DNA of 64,000 nucleotides from the human T2T-CHM13v2.0 reference genome, Homo sapiens, in the NCBI RefSeq assembly GCF_009914755.1, contig NC_060942.1; one strand, 5' to 3'. Every line of letters starts with the position of its first letter. Positions within the stretch are counted from its first letter, which is position 1. This document shows, piece after piece, positions 1-13,139 of the stretch. The notes under the pieces are model-generated. The model saw nothing but the letters and a program-made list of their open reading frames with translations. It made no database searches and was not told the origin of the DNA. A program made the translations under genes and the position numbers.

Positions 1-570
1 AGTAAGTTTAGAGTGCAAAAACATGGCAAACACTACCTTAGTGATAAAGCTTAATGCCAATGGTAGTAAGTCATGTTGACAGTATGTACAGTTGATATGA
101 TGTGATGAAAATAATGCTTTACCTCTGTGGTCTTCACCTATAAACCAATGACTCAAATACAATAATAAGAAAAGCATTAGACAAAGTCCAAGTTAAGAAC
201 ACTTTAAAATTATCTGACCAGTACGTCTCAAAACTCTCAAGCTCATCAAAAGCAAGGCTAGTCTGGGAAACTGTCATATTTGATAAAAAGCCTAACTAAA
301 ATAAAAATGACTACATAACAATTAAATATAATGTGGTATCCTGGATGAGACTCTGGAAAAGAGAAAGGCCATTGCACAAAAATTAAGGAAATCTGCATAA
401 AGTTTGGACTTTAGTTAATAATAATGTGTTAATACTAGTTCATTGATTGTATTAAATACTGTTGTAATACTATACTAGTGTAAGATGTTAATAAACAGAT
501 GTGGGACATATGAGAACTCTGTGTATTATCTTGCAATTTTTCTCTAAATCTAAAGATGTTCTGAAGTAGA
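1..570 (+). mobile_element. Old L1 (L1MC/L1MD-type) 3' UTR fragment
   Basis: Diverged match to L1MC/MD 3' UTR motifs (ggcaaacactacctta, gatatgatgtgatga, tctgaccagta, gtggtatcctgga, gaactctgtgtattatcttgcaattttt). Confidence 0.75.
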
Positions 571-989
571 CCTTCCTTCGTATTTGCAATAGCTAATATG
601 TTTTCAGCAATCTCCCTGCTTGTCTAGGGAGTTAAATACTGAAAGCAATAAAGTAGAGCTAATCCATAATAGCAAGTATGGAAATAATAAATAATGAGGA
701 GGAAAACAGCCAGGAGCAGGAACAGAGATTGGATTGAGGCCAAGAGATGAATTGGAAGCATTCAGAGAATGCAGTGAAAGAACAGTGATGACATAAATTA
801 ATCTAGCTTTCATATTGCCACAAAATATATAAATGATATGGAAAGAAAGAAATTCCTCAATCATGAGAGGACCAAAATGATGTTCTAAAATTGCCATAAA
901 CTCTTTTAAGAGTAGATCCTAGATTACCTGTGTTTAATTTACCCTCTGTTTTAATCATGCCTCTCCCAATTTACAGAAATGTCAAATTG

Positions 990-1110
990 CCTGGGATTCT
1001 GACAGATCTGGGGTTCCATCCTAAATTTATTACTTATTAGTTGTAGTACTGTGAAAATTATTTAATGACAAAGACTCAGTTTCTTAATCTGTACCTGAAC
1101 ATAATTTCCT
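990..1110 (+). mobile_element. MIR fragment
   Basis: Degenerate MIR core (...acttattagttgt...ctcagtttcttaatctgta). Confidence 0.5.
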
Positions 1111-1244
1111 CTTTAAAGAATTATTAACTGAATTTTAAAAAGTCAAGTGCACAACATGTAAGTCCTGGAAATATCAAGCCTTTTGTTTCATATTTATGTA
1201 GCTTAAATAGATAGATAAATTCAAAGTAAATTCTTATATATCCT

Positions 1245-2145
1245 GGAAACAAGCATGAGGCTTATCCAAAGGAAACAGGAGCCAAACTGAAAGAGCTCCC
1301 AATGGCCAAAGCTACAACAATTTGAGGAACAAAACTTTTTAAAAAGCATATTGGATCTTAACTCAAATTACAATAATAAATGATTGAATGAATAAATGGG
1401 AGAGGCAATGTTCCTTATAGAAGAATTTCAAATTAAATTGTGTAGATGCAACCCCTTCAGGAGGTGGAGTTTAAGGGCCTTCTCCTTAAATGTAGATTGA
1501 ACTTAGTGACTCACTTCCGAAGAATAAAGTATAAAAAGAGCAAATGAATTTGCTTCCCAGTGGAGAAACCTGGCAGACACCACCTTAACTAAGTGACTGA
1601 ATTAAACATCGGTGATGTCATGTAGATATCATGGAGCCCTTGATATGATGAGGTGAGAGGCGCTTCATCTTTGTGTTGTCTCATGTAGAAACTTTTAAGT
1701 CGCACCTATCACGAGAACGCATCAGCCAAAACCAAACTGAGGGACATCCTACAGAATATCTGACCAGTAATTTTCAAAACCATCAATGTCCTGAAAAAGA
1801 ATGAGATTGAAAACCTGTCACAGACTAAAATAAACGAAGGAGACTTGAAAACTAAGTTAAATATGATATTCCGTGTTAGATTCTGAAACAAACAAACCAA
1901 AAAGACATCAGTGGAAGTCCTGGTAAAATACAAATAAAGTCTGCAGTTTAGTTAAGGTTAGTGTACCAATGTTAGTATCTTAGTTTCAACAAATGTGCCA
2001 TGGATATGTCAGACTCCATTATTAAATAATAAGGTCTTCAGTTAGGGGTAGCTAGGTGAAAGGAGTATGGAAACTCGACTTTATCTTTGCAAATTTTCTA
2101 TAAATCTAAAATTATTCTAAAATAAATTTATTTAAAAAAATAAAA
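1245..2145 (+). mobile_element. Old L1 (L1MC/L1MD-type) 3' end with A-rich tail
   Basis: ggagccaaactgaaagagctcccaatggccaaagc...gtggagaaacctggcagacaccacctt...taaatctaaaattattctaaaataaa then A-rich run. Independent copy of the same family as 1-570. Confidence 0.8.
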
Positions 2146-3417
2146 GCCAAATTCCAGTGAGATGAAAGACTGAAAACATAAGAAACCTTAAAATTAAAGA
2201 ATAAAATGCATGAGATGAAACATTAAGAATATAAAAGTGGAGAAATGTAGGAATTACTAGGAATTAAGAAATAAAAGTTAATACGTATGTCTGTATATGT
2301 ATTGTGTATATATATTTATACACATATATAAATAAGAAACGTTTAGGAAAACTATTTTAAATAATTATTTTATGTCAAAATAAGAAAGAATTGAGTGAAT
2401 AAAAGAAGTTAAAGAACCACACAAAAGTAGAACCCATCAACTAGATGCTAATATTATTTGAAGAAAACTTCAGAAACTTTCCATGTTTTTTAATATTCCA
2501 AGAAATAACTACACATAGATCATTAATGCCGTTATATGTTGTCTTTTGTTAATTAGAATTTATGAAAAAGATCAGTCTTCTAGTTTAAAATAGAGTGGTT
2601 CTAGTTGGCTTTTAATGCTCTTAATTCTCATCCTAAAGATGGAAAATTAAATAAGGTAAACTGGAATCAAGAATCAACATTTTGACCCAAAAAAAGGCAG
2701 TGATTTCCTATACAGCAAATGAAACATTTAAAACTTCTCGCTTTGGGCTATTCATGTTATTAGGCTGAGAGAGGCAGCTCATTAAATAGGTCTTTAATCC
2801 ATCCCCACTCTCTGTCCTTGCATCAGCAAAAAGGAAATGCTAATCCTGCTCTTCAAACTGACTCTTCTATGCCGCCCTGCTTCTTTTCATTCATCCTCCC
2901 AGAGATGAGAGCTTCTGAAAGCAATTGTATGGTATTAGAATTGACAGTGATGACTTAGGAGGAGATGCTGGTAGAGGTGGTAGTAGAGGAAGTGGCTGTG
3001 GTAGTAACACATTGAGCGATAGCCCCTTCAAGGAAAGCATCCTCAGATGACGTAGTGAGAGGAAGAGAGTATAAGAGCTCTGGTAGCAATATATTCTGGG
3101 ATTGTTCATTGTTTTCCATATTTTTATTTGTTTAAAATTTCCAAAAGAGATGAGGTGGAAGTAGGAGAGAATGCCACAGATTTGGATGATCTTGAATCTT
3201 CTGGAAGGGTCTGGAAGCTGCAAATATCAACTTCTGGTTCAACTGTCAATATGGAAAAAAATAATAGATCAGAAACCAATTGAATAGGAAATGGGCCTCA
3301 GGCAATTCATATACCTTATCTGTTTGAAAACACATGACAATGAGTAAACAGAAAAAAATTATAAAATTTATTCAAAATTTTTATTTTTATTTTTGAATAT
3401 AAAAGAAATAAGCACAT

Positions 3418-3558
3418 GGCCAGGAAGGTTGGCTCACACCTGTAATCCCAGCACTTTGGGAGACAGAGGAGGGAGGATCGCTCGAGGCCAGGAGTTCAAG
3501 ACCAACCTGGGCAAAATAGCAAGACATTGTCTGTACAAAAAGTTAAAAAAAAAAAAAA
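3418..3558 (+). mobile_element. Alu monomer (FLAM/AluJ left arm)
   Basis: ggccagg...ctcacacctgtaatcccagcactttggga...ggatcgctcgaggccaggagttcaagacc + poly(A). Confidence 0.9.
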
Positions 3559-4019
3559 GAAAGTAGCGTTATTTGAGGCCCCCAATAAGGAGTACACTTC
3601 TGAGGTTGATCTCCCGTTTTCAAAACAAGAAATTCTTAGAAAATGTGTACCTTAAAACTTAAAAACATAAAAAGTAAAAGATTAATTATAGAAAAAGCCG
3701 GAATCAGATTAAAAATCCAAAAGGTTATAGTGGATATGGGCTATTTTGCTTGTTCAGTCTCACTTTCCTTTTTTTCTGAAAATAAAAGCTTTCTTGTTAT
3801 CTTGAAATACTCTCCTCCCTCATCGTGGGACTATCAATAACATGCTGACGTCCCTGCCTTGTGAACACAGGCTGGATCATTTGAGTGTCTCTATACCTGG
3901 AGAAGCACTGAAAGGCTCAGGGATGGCCAACCCCCCATTGCTAAAGTCCTTTTTCAGGCGTGGTAGAGTCTTGAAAAGAAGGAATTTCCCATCATCGAAG
4001 ATCATGGGATGCCAGGAGC

Positions 4020-4150
4020 TATGTGAGCCAGGCAGTGCTTATGCACTCACAGCTTATCTCATAATCACAATGACAGTTCTAAGATGTGGGCCACATAAGC
4101 TCCAGTTCACAGAGAAGAACATGAGGACTCAGATCAATTAACAGCCTCTT
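4020..4150 (-). mobile_element. MIR fragment
   Basis: tgtgagccaggcagtgct...ttcacagagaagaacatgaggactcaga resembles antisense MIR. Confidence 0.5.
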
Positions 4151-4984
4151 CAAGCTCAATCCAAAATTAAGCAGAACCTTAGGAACTTTAAAAGCGTACC
4201 ATTAGCTTTTGATTATTAAGAAAATGACACGAGTCTTCATTTTCACTGCTTGCCCACTGCTCAACTTTTAAAGAGCTTATGCTTTATGACACCTAAACAC
4301 AGAAAAAAAAATAAAGGGTCAATGATTTCCCAGTCAATCTTGCTTAAATTTGCCTTACTATACCTTGAAAAAATGAGTGAGAAGAGAATGAAATAATCCC
4401 CTACTATCACATATAATTTTGGATAAGCTCAAGTATGCATATTCCTTAGATTTAAATAGTGCCTCTGTGTCAACCACATTGTCTCACACTTTCTGAAGGA
4501 AAGCAGATGTCTTCATTTCAAGCCTGTCAGAGATCGTAGCTTGCACAGTGCTGTTACTACTGCCATGGACTCTGTCGCAGCACAGTGATAGAGCAGTTAC
4601 CTAGGCAGCACTGCTCTTGATTGAGAACATCAGCATTGTAAAATCCCTCCACTGCTTTTGCCTTGATTTACTCTGCCAACTTATTCTGTTTTCACTCTTC
4701 ATGCTGGGAGGATATGGGAAAATGTGGCCTTTGACCACAACCTGTGTAGCCCATGTCATTGTTATGTCAGTCCCCAGAGAAGCTGCAAATATAGTTCTTT
4801 CCCCAGGCCAACGATATTATCCATGAAAACAAAGCTGTCTCCAGATTCCCACCTGGTATTAAAATGTATGTGACAGACTCTTACTGCTTCACCACCTGTC
4901 AACGAATGATTTGGCAGTGGATTTTCTCCAATGTTTTAATTTAATGTGCCCATCCACATCACCAAGGGTAAAGCAAAACAGATC

Positions 4985-5165
4985 TGTATTGAGCTAATAT
5001 GTGCTCAAAATATTCATTAAATGCACTATTGTATTTGATCTTGCCAGATATCCCATAAATTTCCTCTTTTTTTTTTTTCAAATGAAAAACTAGATTCGGA
5101 GAGGTTAATAAGTTGACCAATGTTACAGATTAGTAAGGAACAGAAGTAAACCCAGGGCAATTCTC
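4985..5165 (-). mobile_element. MIR fragment
   Basis: caaatgaaaaactagattcggagaggttaataagttgaccaatgttacag = antisense MIR core. Confidence 0.6.
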
Positions 5166-5641
5166 TTCATGGACCTGCGACTACTTCTTATAAATATGTG
5201 ATGTATATCCTAATGCATTGCTAAGGTACAAAACAAGTTTAAAAATATGCAGGCTCTGTATGGCTTCCAAAATTTGTGAGCTCTCAAAGCACGTTCATTC
5301 TTAGAGTGCATCTATTTCAGTTCCAATTCCATGCAATCAAAGCTTCTACAATGGTCTAACTGGTGAATGTCCAAGTTTGAATACTCCTGGGGGCACAACA
5401 AGAAACACACTATGTTATAAAACAGCCCATTCGATGTTTGAAAATCCCTTCAGGTAAGAAAGTTTGTACTTACATTAAGCAAAAATGTTCCTCCTTTGAT
5501 GTCTATCTTTTCTACTTTCACAACACAGTGAATAAAGTTAGTACTTAGTTCACATAACACTCTTTTTTAAATGGCAAGGCAGCTATATATAAAATACTTT
5601 TCTCAAAGCCTGCCTTTGACTAGAATTAGAGCTGCATCATT

Positions 5642-5857
5642 GTTTTATTTTATTGATTTTATTTTATTTATTTTATTGTATTTATGTTATTTTAGGGGGT
5701 ACATGTGCAGGTTTGTTACATTGATATACTGCATAGCGTGGGCTTCTAGTGTTCCCCTCATCCAAATAGTGACTATTGTACCCAATAGGTAATCTTTCTA
5801 CACTCACCCTCTTTCCAACATCTCCCTTTGGAGCCTCCAGTATCTATTATTTCCATT
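5642..5857 (-). mobile_element. L1PB/L1PA16-like 3' end
   Basis: T-rich tail then gggggtacatgtgcaggtttgttaca...ccaaatagtgactattgtacccaataggtaat. Confidence 0.8.
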
Positions 5858-6289
5858 AAAGCTGCACCTTTCCATTGTTTCTCCATAACATGGTTTCTAG
5901 TCACATTCCTCTTGCATCCATAATGGAGCATAATATGCTACTGTGGACAGACTAATATAATCAGGCAACGGGGCAGGGAAGAAGGGGGATTTCCCACAAA
6001 TTGTTCTAGATGCTATATTTCTTTTAATACAGGCTAAAATTAAATTTGTTGTTTTTCTGCATGTCAATCACGCTACATTGTTGATGCCTAATGAGTTTGT
6101 ACATGATTAAAACCCCCGATTTTATATAAATAGCTAATAAATCAGAGTACTGCATGACAGTTAATATTTATACTAAGACCTAATGTTAACAACTATCCTG
6201 TTTAGATTATATATTGTCAGTTTCAGAGCTAACTGAGCATTTTTTAAAGGTTATGATTTTTTTAAATCATAACCCTTAATAATTAGGAG

Positions 6290-6510
6290 GTATATTTTAA
6301 TGAGTCTATAATTTCTCAGGCATTACAAGTCTTATCTAATGAATGTCCATAATAACTCTGTGAATTAGATATTATTCTCTTTTTATGGATAAGGAAAGCT
6401 AGAGTTGGTCAGCTTTCCTTTAGGTCATTGTAACCTAAAGTTACAATGCAACTACATGTTGCAATGAGATTTAAACCTAAATGTGTCTGGTTCCAAAATC
6501 ATAGTTCTTT
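6290..6510 (-). mobile_element. MIR fragment
   Basis: aataactctgtgaattagatattattctctttttatggataaggaaagctagag...gagatttaaacctaaatgtgtctggttccaaa. Confidence 0.55.
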
Positions 6511-7099
6511 GCAATATTGTACAGTCCTATGGCTTTTTGTCACTCGACAAATTTGACATATTTGGCTTCTATAACTTTTTAAATTAGTGATAAAAATGCC
6601 AAACAGCAAAATGAGAATAAAAGGCAAGTAAAGATCCCCTCCAAGGGTGAAAAAATAGAGAAATCAAAACATTTTAGGATGGAGAATTGAATCAGCTATG
6701 GATCCATTTAAAGCCATTATTACTTCATTTGGTTCTAGCTATCATGCTGGTAAGAATATAACAATGGTCTTGACCAAATGCCTTACTGAAATTTTGATTC
6801 ACTCTGTACTTATACTGTAGGTTTATAAAACTATTAATCCTATCAAAAAAGTAAATGATGTCAGCATAGTCTGATTTATTTTAATAAATTAGTGTTGTAT
6901 TTCAATGATTATCATTTCTATTTTTAAATATTTAGATACATGTATTTAACAACCTGCTATAAAATTTTATCAGATTCAATATTAAAGTCATTGATTTATA
7001 TTTCCAAAATTGTTTCTTCCTTCTTTCCTCATCCCTCCCTTCTCTCTTTTCTTCCATTCTTCCAAACTTCCTTCCTTCTTTCCTTCTTTCCTTCTATCC

Positions 7100-8600
7100 A
7101 TACATAAAAGGCACATGAAATGCCAACTGTCTGCTAGGCAATATGTTCAGTGCTGAGAAAACATACACAAAAACAAACCAGAGATTTACAGATTAGTGCA
7201 AAAGGGACATGTAAATGAGTTTAAGTATAGCAATTTCGCATGCACTGTAATAAAAACATGTACAAAGTGTTATGGGAAGGTAAGAGGAGAAATGCATAAT
7301 CTGGTAAGGGGGTCTTGAAGTTTGCATTTGAGCAAAGTCTTTGAAAATGAGAAGATTCTCCCCCAGTGGACCTACCAGGGAAGGACCGCTCAGAGTAATA
7401 ACACAAGCAAAATAACAGAAGTAAAATTAGTGAACCAACAGCCAAAGATGAGACTTTGCGGGATCTTGTAATTCATGTTAAATATCTGGAAACCATGGAA
7501 AGGTTTTAATGAGATCACATTTGTCTTCTAGAAAGATAACTCTGGCAGCTATGTGGAAAATAGAATGAAAGAAGGATAAACTAGATTTAAGAGGACCAAT
7601 TGGGAGGGTATTGTCTTGATCAAGTAAGACATCATGAAAATCTGTCTACAAAAATGGCAGAAAGGAGGAACTATGAATCTCAGTGTGCCATGGGTATCAT
7701 GGTTGACAGCATGGGCCCTGGACATACAGTCACTTACTAGGCTCATAATTTGGGGTACACTACTTAATGTTTTCCTGTCTTATTGTGTTCATCTGAAAAT
7801 GGAGACTATCATGATCAAACATTTAGGAAAATCTTGAAGAGATCTTAGCAATTGATATTATATTATTATTAAGAAGGATCAGTTTTGAGGCTCAGACAAG
7901 AGCTAGTGAATTCACATACTGAACTTGAAATGTTTACATAGTACTCACTGGAGCTCCCTAAAAGGGTGGATTGATTTGGGTCTCAAGAAAATAGTTATAT
8001 ATAGTTATATAACTATAGTTATATATTATATATATAGTTTATTATATATTATATTATATATAATTTACATATTATATATAATATGTAACTATATAAAGTT
8101 ATATATAAATGTATAATATATTATATATAATAAAGTTATATATAATATATAGTTATATATCTGTAATATCTATAATATATAACTATAGTTACATATCTTT
8201 GGCTTTCAAAACCATCAGTGTAGAAGAGATAACTTAGTAAAGATTAAGAGAAGAACAAGGTTAAGATTGGCACTTGGAGGAACACGATTACTCAAAGGCA
8301 AATGCAAGAAGAGGAACCAGCCCAGGAGACTGAAACAGAGGGATAAGAATAGAAATTGGTAAGAAAACTCTGTAAGTCCAAGAAAGTAGAAAGATTGAAA
8401 ACAAAGGATAGCTCAATAGGACCAAAGGTGAGAAAGAGGATAGATACAATAAGCATTGGTAGAAATCGTACTGGTAGAATAATGTAGGCAGAATACAGAA
8501 TGTGTTGGATTAAGGAGTCAGTGGGTTGGAGGAAGTGGAAGTAGACATCAGTGATGCTCTTAGGAAGTACTTTTATGAAAAGGATGGCTAAAGGGAGAGT
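7100..8600 (-). mobile_element. L2 fragments (interrupted by a MIR at ~7690-7870 and an AT-rich tract)
   Basis: Purine-rich degenerate L2 motifs, e.g. ccatggaaaggttttaa...tagaaagataactctggcagctatgtggaaaatagaat. Confidence 0.55.
7991..8196. repeat. AT-rich low-complexity / (TA)n-derived tract
   Basis: ~200 bp almost entirely A/T, with repeated atagttatat and aactatagtt units. Confidence 0.9.
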
Positions 8601-10659
8601 ACTTTTAAAGCAGAAAATGAGAAGAAAACAGTACAGAAGAGGTGAATGTTTGGGGAAAGAGAAGATAATTTGAAGTTGTGTAGATTAGAGGAAGGGAGAT
8701 TCGGGAAACAAGAGAATAGCTTAGTAAGAAGAAAGATAAACGTTTCCGTTAAGAAGGAAGAAAATAATGTAAAAACGAATAATATTCCAGTTGGGTGATG
8801 TGTAAGGGAACCTTTATTTTCTCCATGAAATAGAATGCACAGTCACCTTTTGAGAGTAACAAAGTAGAAATAGTTTCAAAAACATGTGAAGCATTTGGAA
8901 CCATGTTAAGCTTTAGGAGCTGCCCATGTGGAGGAAAAAATCAACTAGCATAGGAATATATAAAAGATTGCTATGCTGCACCAAATTCAGGTTGGAAACC
9001 ATAAATTTGTACACATATAAATCAGACATTAATCTGTACTGTTACATGGATTTTTCTTAGTAATTGTTGGCTACAAGAGTTTAGCAATATATACCATGCA
9101 TTTTAACTTTGTTGTTTTCTTGACATGCCTAGAAATTCACTTTGCATGAGTGTATTTATTTTATTTAAGGTCTTAAAAGATGACTCTTCAAGCCTTCATG
9201 CTTGGATATCTAGTTTCAAAAAAAAAAAAGAATTCGAGTGGAATTTGTTTTCCTAGATTCTGGCTCTTAGATATTCCAATGCCCCATGAGAGAATGATAC
9301 GAGAATGATACCTATGCATGGACATGAAAGTGAATCTCAATTTCTTAAGTGTTACTCTTGCATAGAAATGATCATCGAAATGTATTATCTTGTAGATTTG
9401 CTATGACATCTGGGACGGCTTCTGGAATTTGGAGTTACACTCTTGTTCCCATGTCATAGTGGTTTCAGTCAACTAGAGATAAGGCTACTGTAAATAATTA
9501 ATTGCCATCTTGCATTACTTCCACTTCATATTTGCTGCCATGTCATTAGCTGATTTAAAGATTCTAATTCTTAAAATAAGTATAGACATTTTGCTAGGCA
9601 ATTCTTTCATATTTCTAAATATTTTTGCCACCATCTAAAAAGCAAATCTTCTATTGCTAATAGTGTGTCCATTAATAACTAGTTTTGGTGGGCCTATTCT
9701 TTGCCCTGTTCTTGCATTCAGCTAAGAGTCTAAATGTAATTGGGAGCCATTTATATTTGACCTTCTGAATATGTTTTACTTTTTGAAAAATCAGGGATAA
9801 GAAATTGACATTCTGTCTCCAAAGGAAGGAAGATTTTGCCAAGTCAATTTTATAACATCTAGGTGTTTTGTTTTTATTTTCTGGGGGAGTAAGATTCAGT
9901 CTGTAATCTTTCTGTGCTCTTAAAATAAAGTTAATAGAATTGTTTATACCTGGAAAGCATGGGCTCATAGGTTAAATCTATAATGAGGGTTTCACACATG
10001 GTAGGCATGGAATACATTTTGAATGAGTGGTTAAAAGATTCATTACAAAACAATATGCGAATATCAAAGGATTAAATATTTAATGACCCTTTTTATAAGG
10101 AAAAGAAAATTATAGTTGTGATAAAAATTATCCATAATTTAATATGCAAGCCTATATTTACAACTCATCCATATTGCTCAGCTGTTAATTCAAAGCTCCA
10201 TCTTTTTTTCATGAATACTTGTAATTTTCCAAAGTAAGAGAAAACATAAGCATAAATGGTTTATTCAGTAAATACGTAAGGCATACCTTTTAAATTAAGG
10301 TTTTGTAACTCTGCTCCTCTGACTGGTTAATAATTTATACTAGTTAATCTTGGCTGTCTTTTTCCTTTGATATGGAGAATAGGAAAAATTCCTGTCAAAA
10401 ATGATGCCCACTCAATGTTGGGCCTGGAGTTTCTTAAGACATTTTCCAGTGAAGGTTTGAGTCAGCATAGGTCAGATTCAGACCCACTGCCACCCATAGA
10501 CAGTGCTTAATAAATACTTAATGATTGATACAGATTGAATTTCTAGTGTCAGTTCTGACACAGCCACCATATGATTGTGACAGATAAGAAAGAAAATTTG
10601 TAAAAAGTTCTACTCAATAGAAAGATACACATTTATATACACCCGCAAACACAGCCTTA

Positions 10660-13120
10660 AACTACAGAGAGCAAAAGTTTAAAGGAGATAAAAATAAGTC
10701 CACCAGCTTAGAAGAAAATTTTGGCACTTCTCTCTCAGTAACTGACATTATGAGCAGCCAAAATATCAAGAAAGAAATAGAATATTTAAACGTAAAATAA
10801 TATACATATAAAACACAGTCTCCAACAACTGCACCATATATATTCCTGTCAAGCATACAAGGAACATTTATCAAAATGTTCTATATGCTAAACCCCAAAG
10901 CAAATATCAGTTAACTTCAAAGGAGTGAAATAAAACAGGTATCTCTCTATGTAAAAACCCACAAATGTATGGAAAATATGTAATATATTTGAAATAATCC
11001 ATGGGTCACAGAAAAAATCAAAATGGAAATTAAAAGATGTTTGAACTGAGGGATAGTTAATATATAACTAGTCAAAATGTGTAGGATGCAGCTAGTCTTC
11101 AGAAACAATTTTATGGCATTAAAGAGGAAAATAAAAAATTAATTACCTGAGGATTTATTTCAAGGTGTTAGCAAAAGAATGAAAAATTATATCCAAAGAA
11201 AATTGAGGAAAAAAATAAATAAAATGGAAGTCAACAAACTGAAAATCAAGAGTCAATAACTGGATAATTGTTAAACCCACCAAGAAGACTGATCAAGAAA
11301 AAAATAAAATGTACAAATAATTAACATCAAAAAGGTAAAAATAGAATATCATTACACATTAAACAGATTTTTAGAATTATATACGTATATACGTATACAT
11401 TAATTCATGAAAAACGTTATGTAAATCAATCTGGAAATTCAGATGAAATGCAAAAAATCTGGGTAAAACACATTTTAACTGATTCTAGAAAAAAATTGAA
11501 GTATCTTATATCTTATATCTTTATATTCCATAAAGATATTAAATTTGTAGTCAGCCTTTACACAAAGAAAACTTCAGGCACAGGTGGCTTTACTGGTGAA
11601 TTCTCACAGACATTTCAGGAAGAAAAAAAATACAATCTAACACAAGATCTTTCAGATAGTGGTGAAAAAGAAAACACCTTCCAGCTCAGGTTATGATGCC
11701 AGCATCACCATGATACCAAAATCTGACAAGGATATTACAAAAGTACATGCCAGACACTCTTGTTAATTTGGAATAAAGCACCTCTAAAATATTAGCAAAC
11801 CGAATATAGTAAAAATAAAAATAACAATACATTGTGACCAAGTTTGTTTTTGTTTTGTGTTTGTTTTCTTGGCCAGGGCTGAAAAGTTACTCTGACATTT
11901 GCCGAGACCAGCTTGGTCGGGAAGACCCTAACCCAGCGGTGCTAGAGGAATTAAAGACACACACACAGAAATATAGAGATGTGGACTGGGAAATCAGGGA
12001 TCTCACAGCCTTCAGAGCTGAGAGCCTCGAACAGAGATTTACTCACGTATTTATTAACAGCAAGCCACTGATAAGCATTGTTTCTGTAGATTATAGATTA
12101 ACTAAAAGTATTCCTTACAGGAAATAAAGGGATGGGCCGAAATAAAGGGATGGGTCTGGCTAGTTATCTGCAGTAGGAGCATGTCCTTAAGGCACAGATC
12201 GCTCATGCTATTGTTTGCAGTTTAAGAACGGCTTTAAGCGGTTTTCTGCCCTGCGTGGGCCAGGTGTTCCTTGCCCTCATTCCGGTAAACCCAAAACCTT
12301 CCAGCGTGGGCGTCATGGCCATCACGAACACATCACAGTGCTGCAGAGATTTTGTTTATGGCCAGTTTGGGGGCTAGTTTATGGCCAGATTTTGGGGGAC
12401 CTGTTCCCAACAATATTTGTAAAATCACTGTGACTCGCGCCATTAATACAATAAAGGAGAAAAAAATCTTATTATCTTAATATACACAGAGAAAACATGA
12501 TAAAATTTAATGCCTATTGGTGATGGTATTTTTAAATCATTTATAAACTAAAAATAAAAGATCTGATCATAATTCCAAAAATGTGCTGAAAAACATATCT
12601 TCTATTGAGAGATTGAAATTATTCCCCTGTGATAAGAAGGAACACAAGGATATCTCCTACCATGACCTCTATTCAAACTATTTGAATTAATGTAGAATTT
12701 AGGATGAATGCTTGATATTAGTTCTGTGTATGAAAAGAAATTGAATTCTTACTAGCAACAAATGAATAGAAAATAGTATTAAAATTACATTATTTACAAT
12801 TGCATATAAAAAGTCAAATTCCTAAGAATAAATATAACAAAAAATGTGCTTTACCTTTACAGAGAAAACTACATAAAGTTATGGATATAAATCAAAGAAG
12901 ATCTAAATTAATGGAGAAATATACTTTGTTCATAGATTATAAATTATATTAATTCTCCCAAAATTGTTGAGTAGTTTTAATGCAGTCAAAATCAATATTC
13001 ATGAAGGCACTGTTTTTGGTGAAAATTTACAATCTGATTGGAAAGTTTACACTTTAACAAAAAAGATCAAGAATAAACAATACAATTTTGAAAAATAAGA
13101 ACAACTTGACAAAACACAAG
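10660..13120 (+). mobile_element. Old L1M ORF2 remnant (interrupted by MER9 LTR)
   Basis: Degenerate ORF2 from endonuclease to RT region; the 11448 ORF retains the L1-like peptide TKKTSGTGGFTGEFSQTFQEE. Confidence 0.8.
11900..12412 (-). mobile_element. MER9 solo LTR (HERV-K HML-3)
   Basis: Reverse complement starts TGTTGGGAACAGG...AAATCTGGCCATAAAC and ends GGTCTCGGCA; 513 bp; flanks acatt/atatt (near-TSD). Confidence 0.92.
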
Positions 13121-13139
13121 TCAAATAGACTTTACAATC

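Larger units (their letters stand above)
5340..7000 (-). mobile_element. Ancient CR1/L3 LINE fragments (interrupted by L1 and MIR)
   Basis: acagcccattcgatgtttg...gtaagaaagtt, ctagatgctatatttcttttaatacaggctaaa, accaaatgccttactgaaat, ctatcaaaaaagtaaatga resemble antisense CR1/L3 ORF2. Confidence 0.55.

Noticed and set aside
1-2145. Similar sequences at 1-570 and 1550-2140 as a local segmental duplication
   Set aside because: Both are diverged copies of an abundant L1MC/MD 3' UTR, and the similarity does not extend into the flanks.
9781-9885. Possible exon (aatcag|...ctag|gtgttt)
   Set aside because: Weak donor, poor polypyrimidine tract, stops in all three frames and no recognisable peptide.
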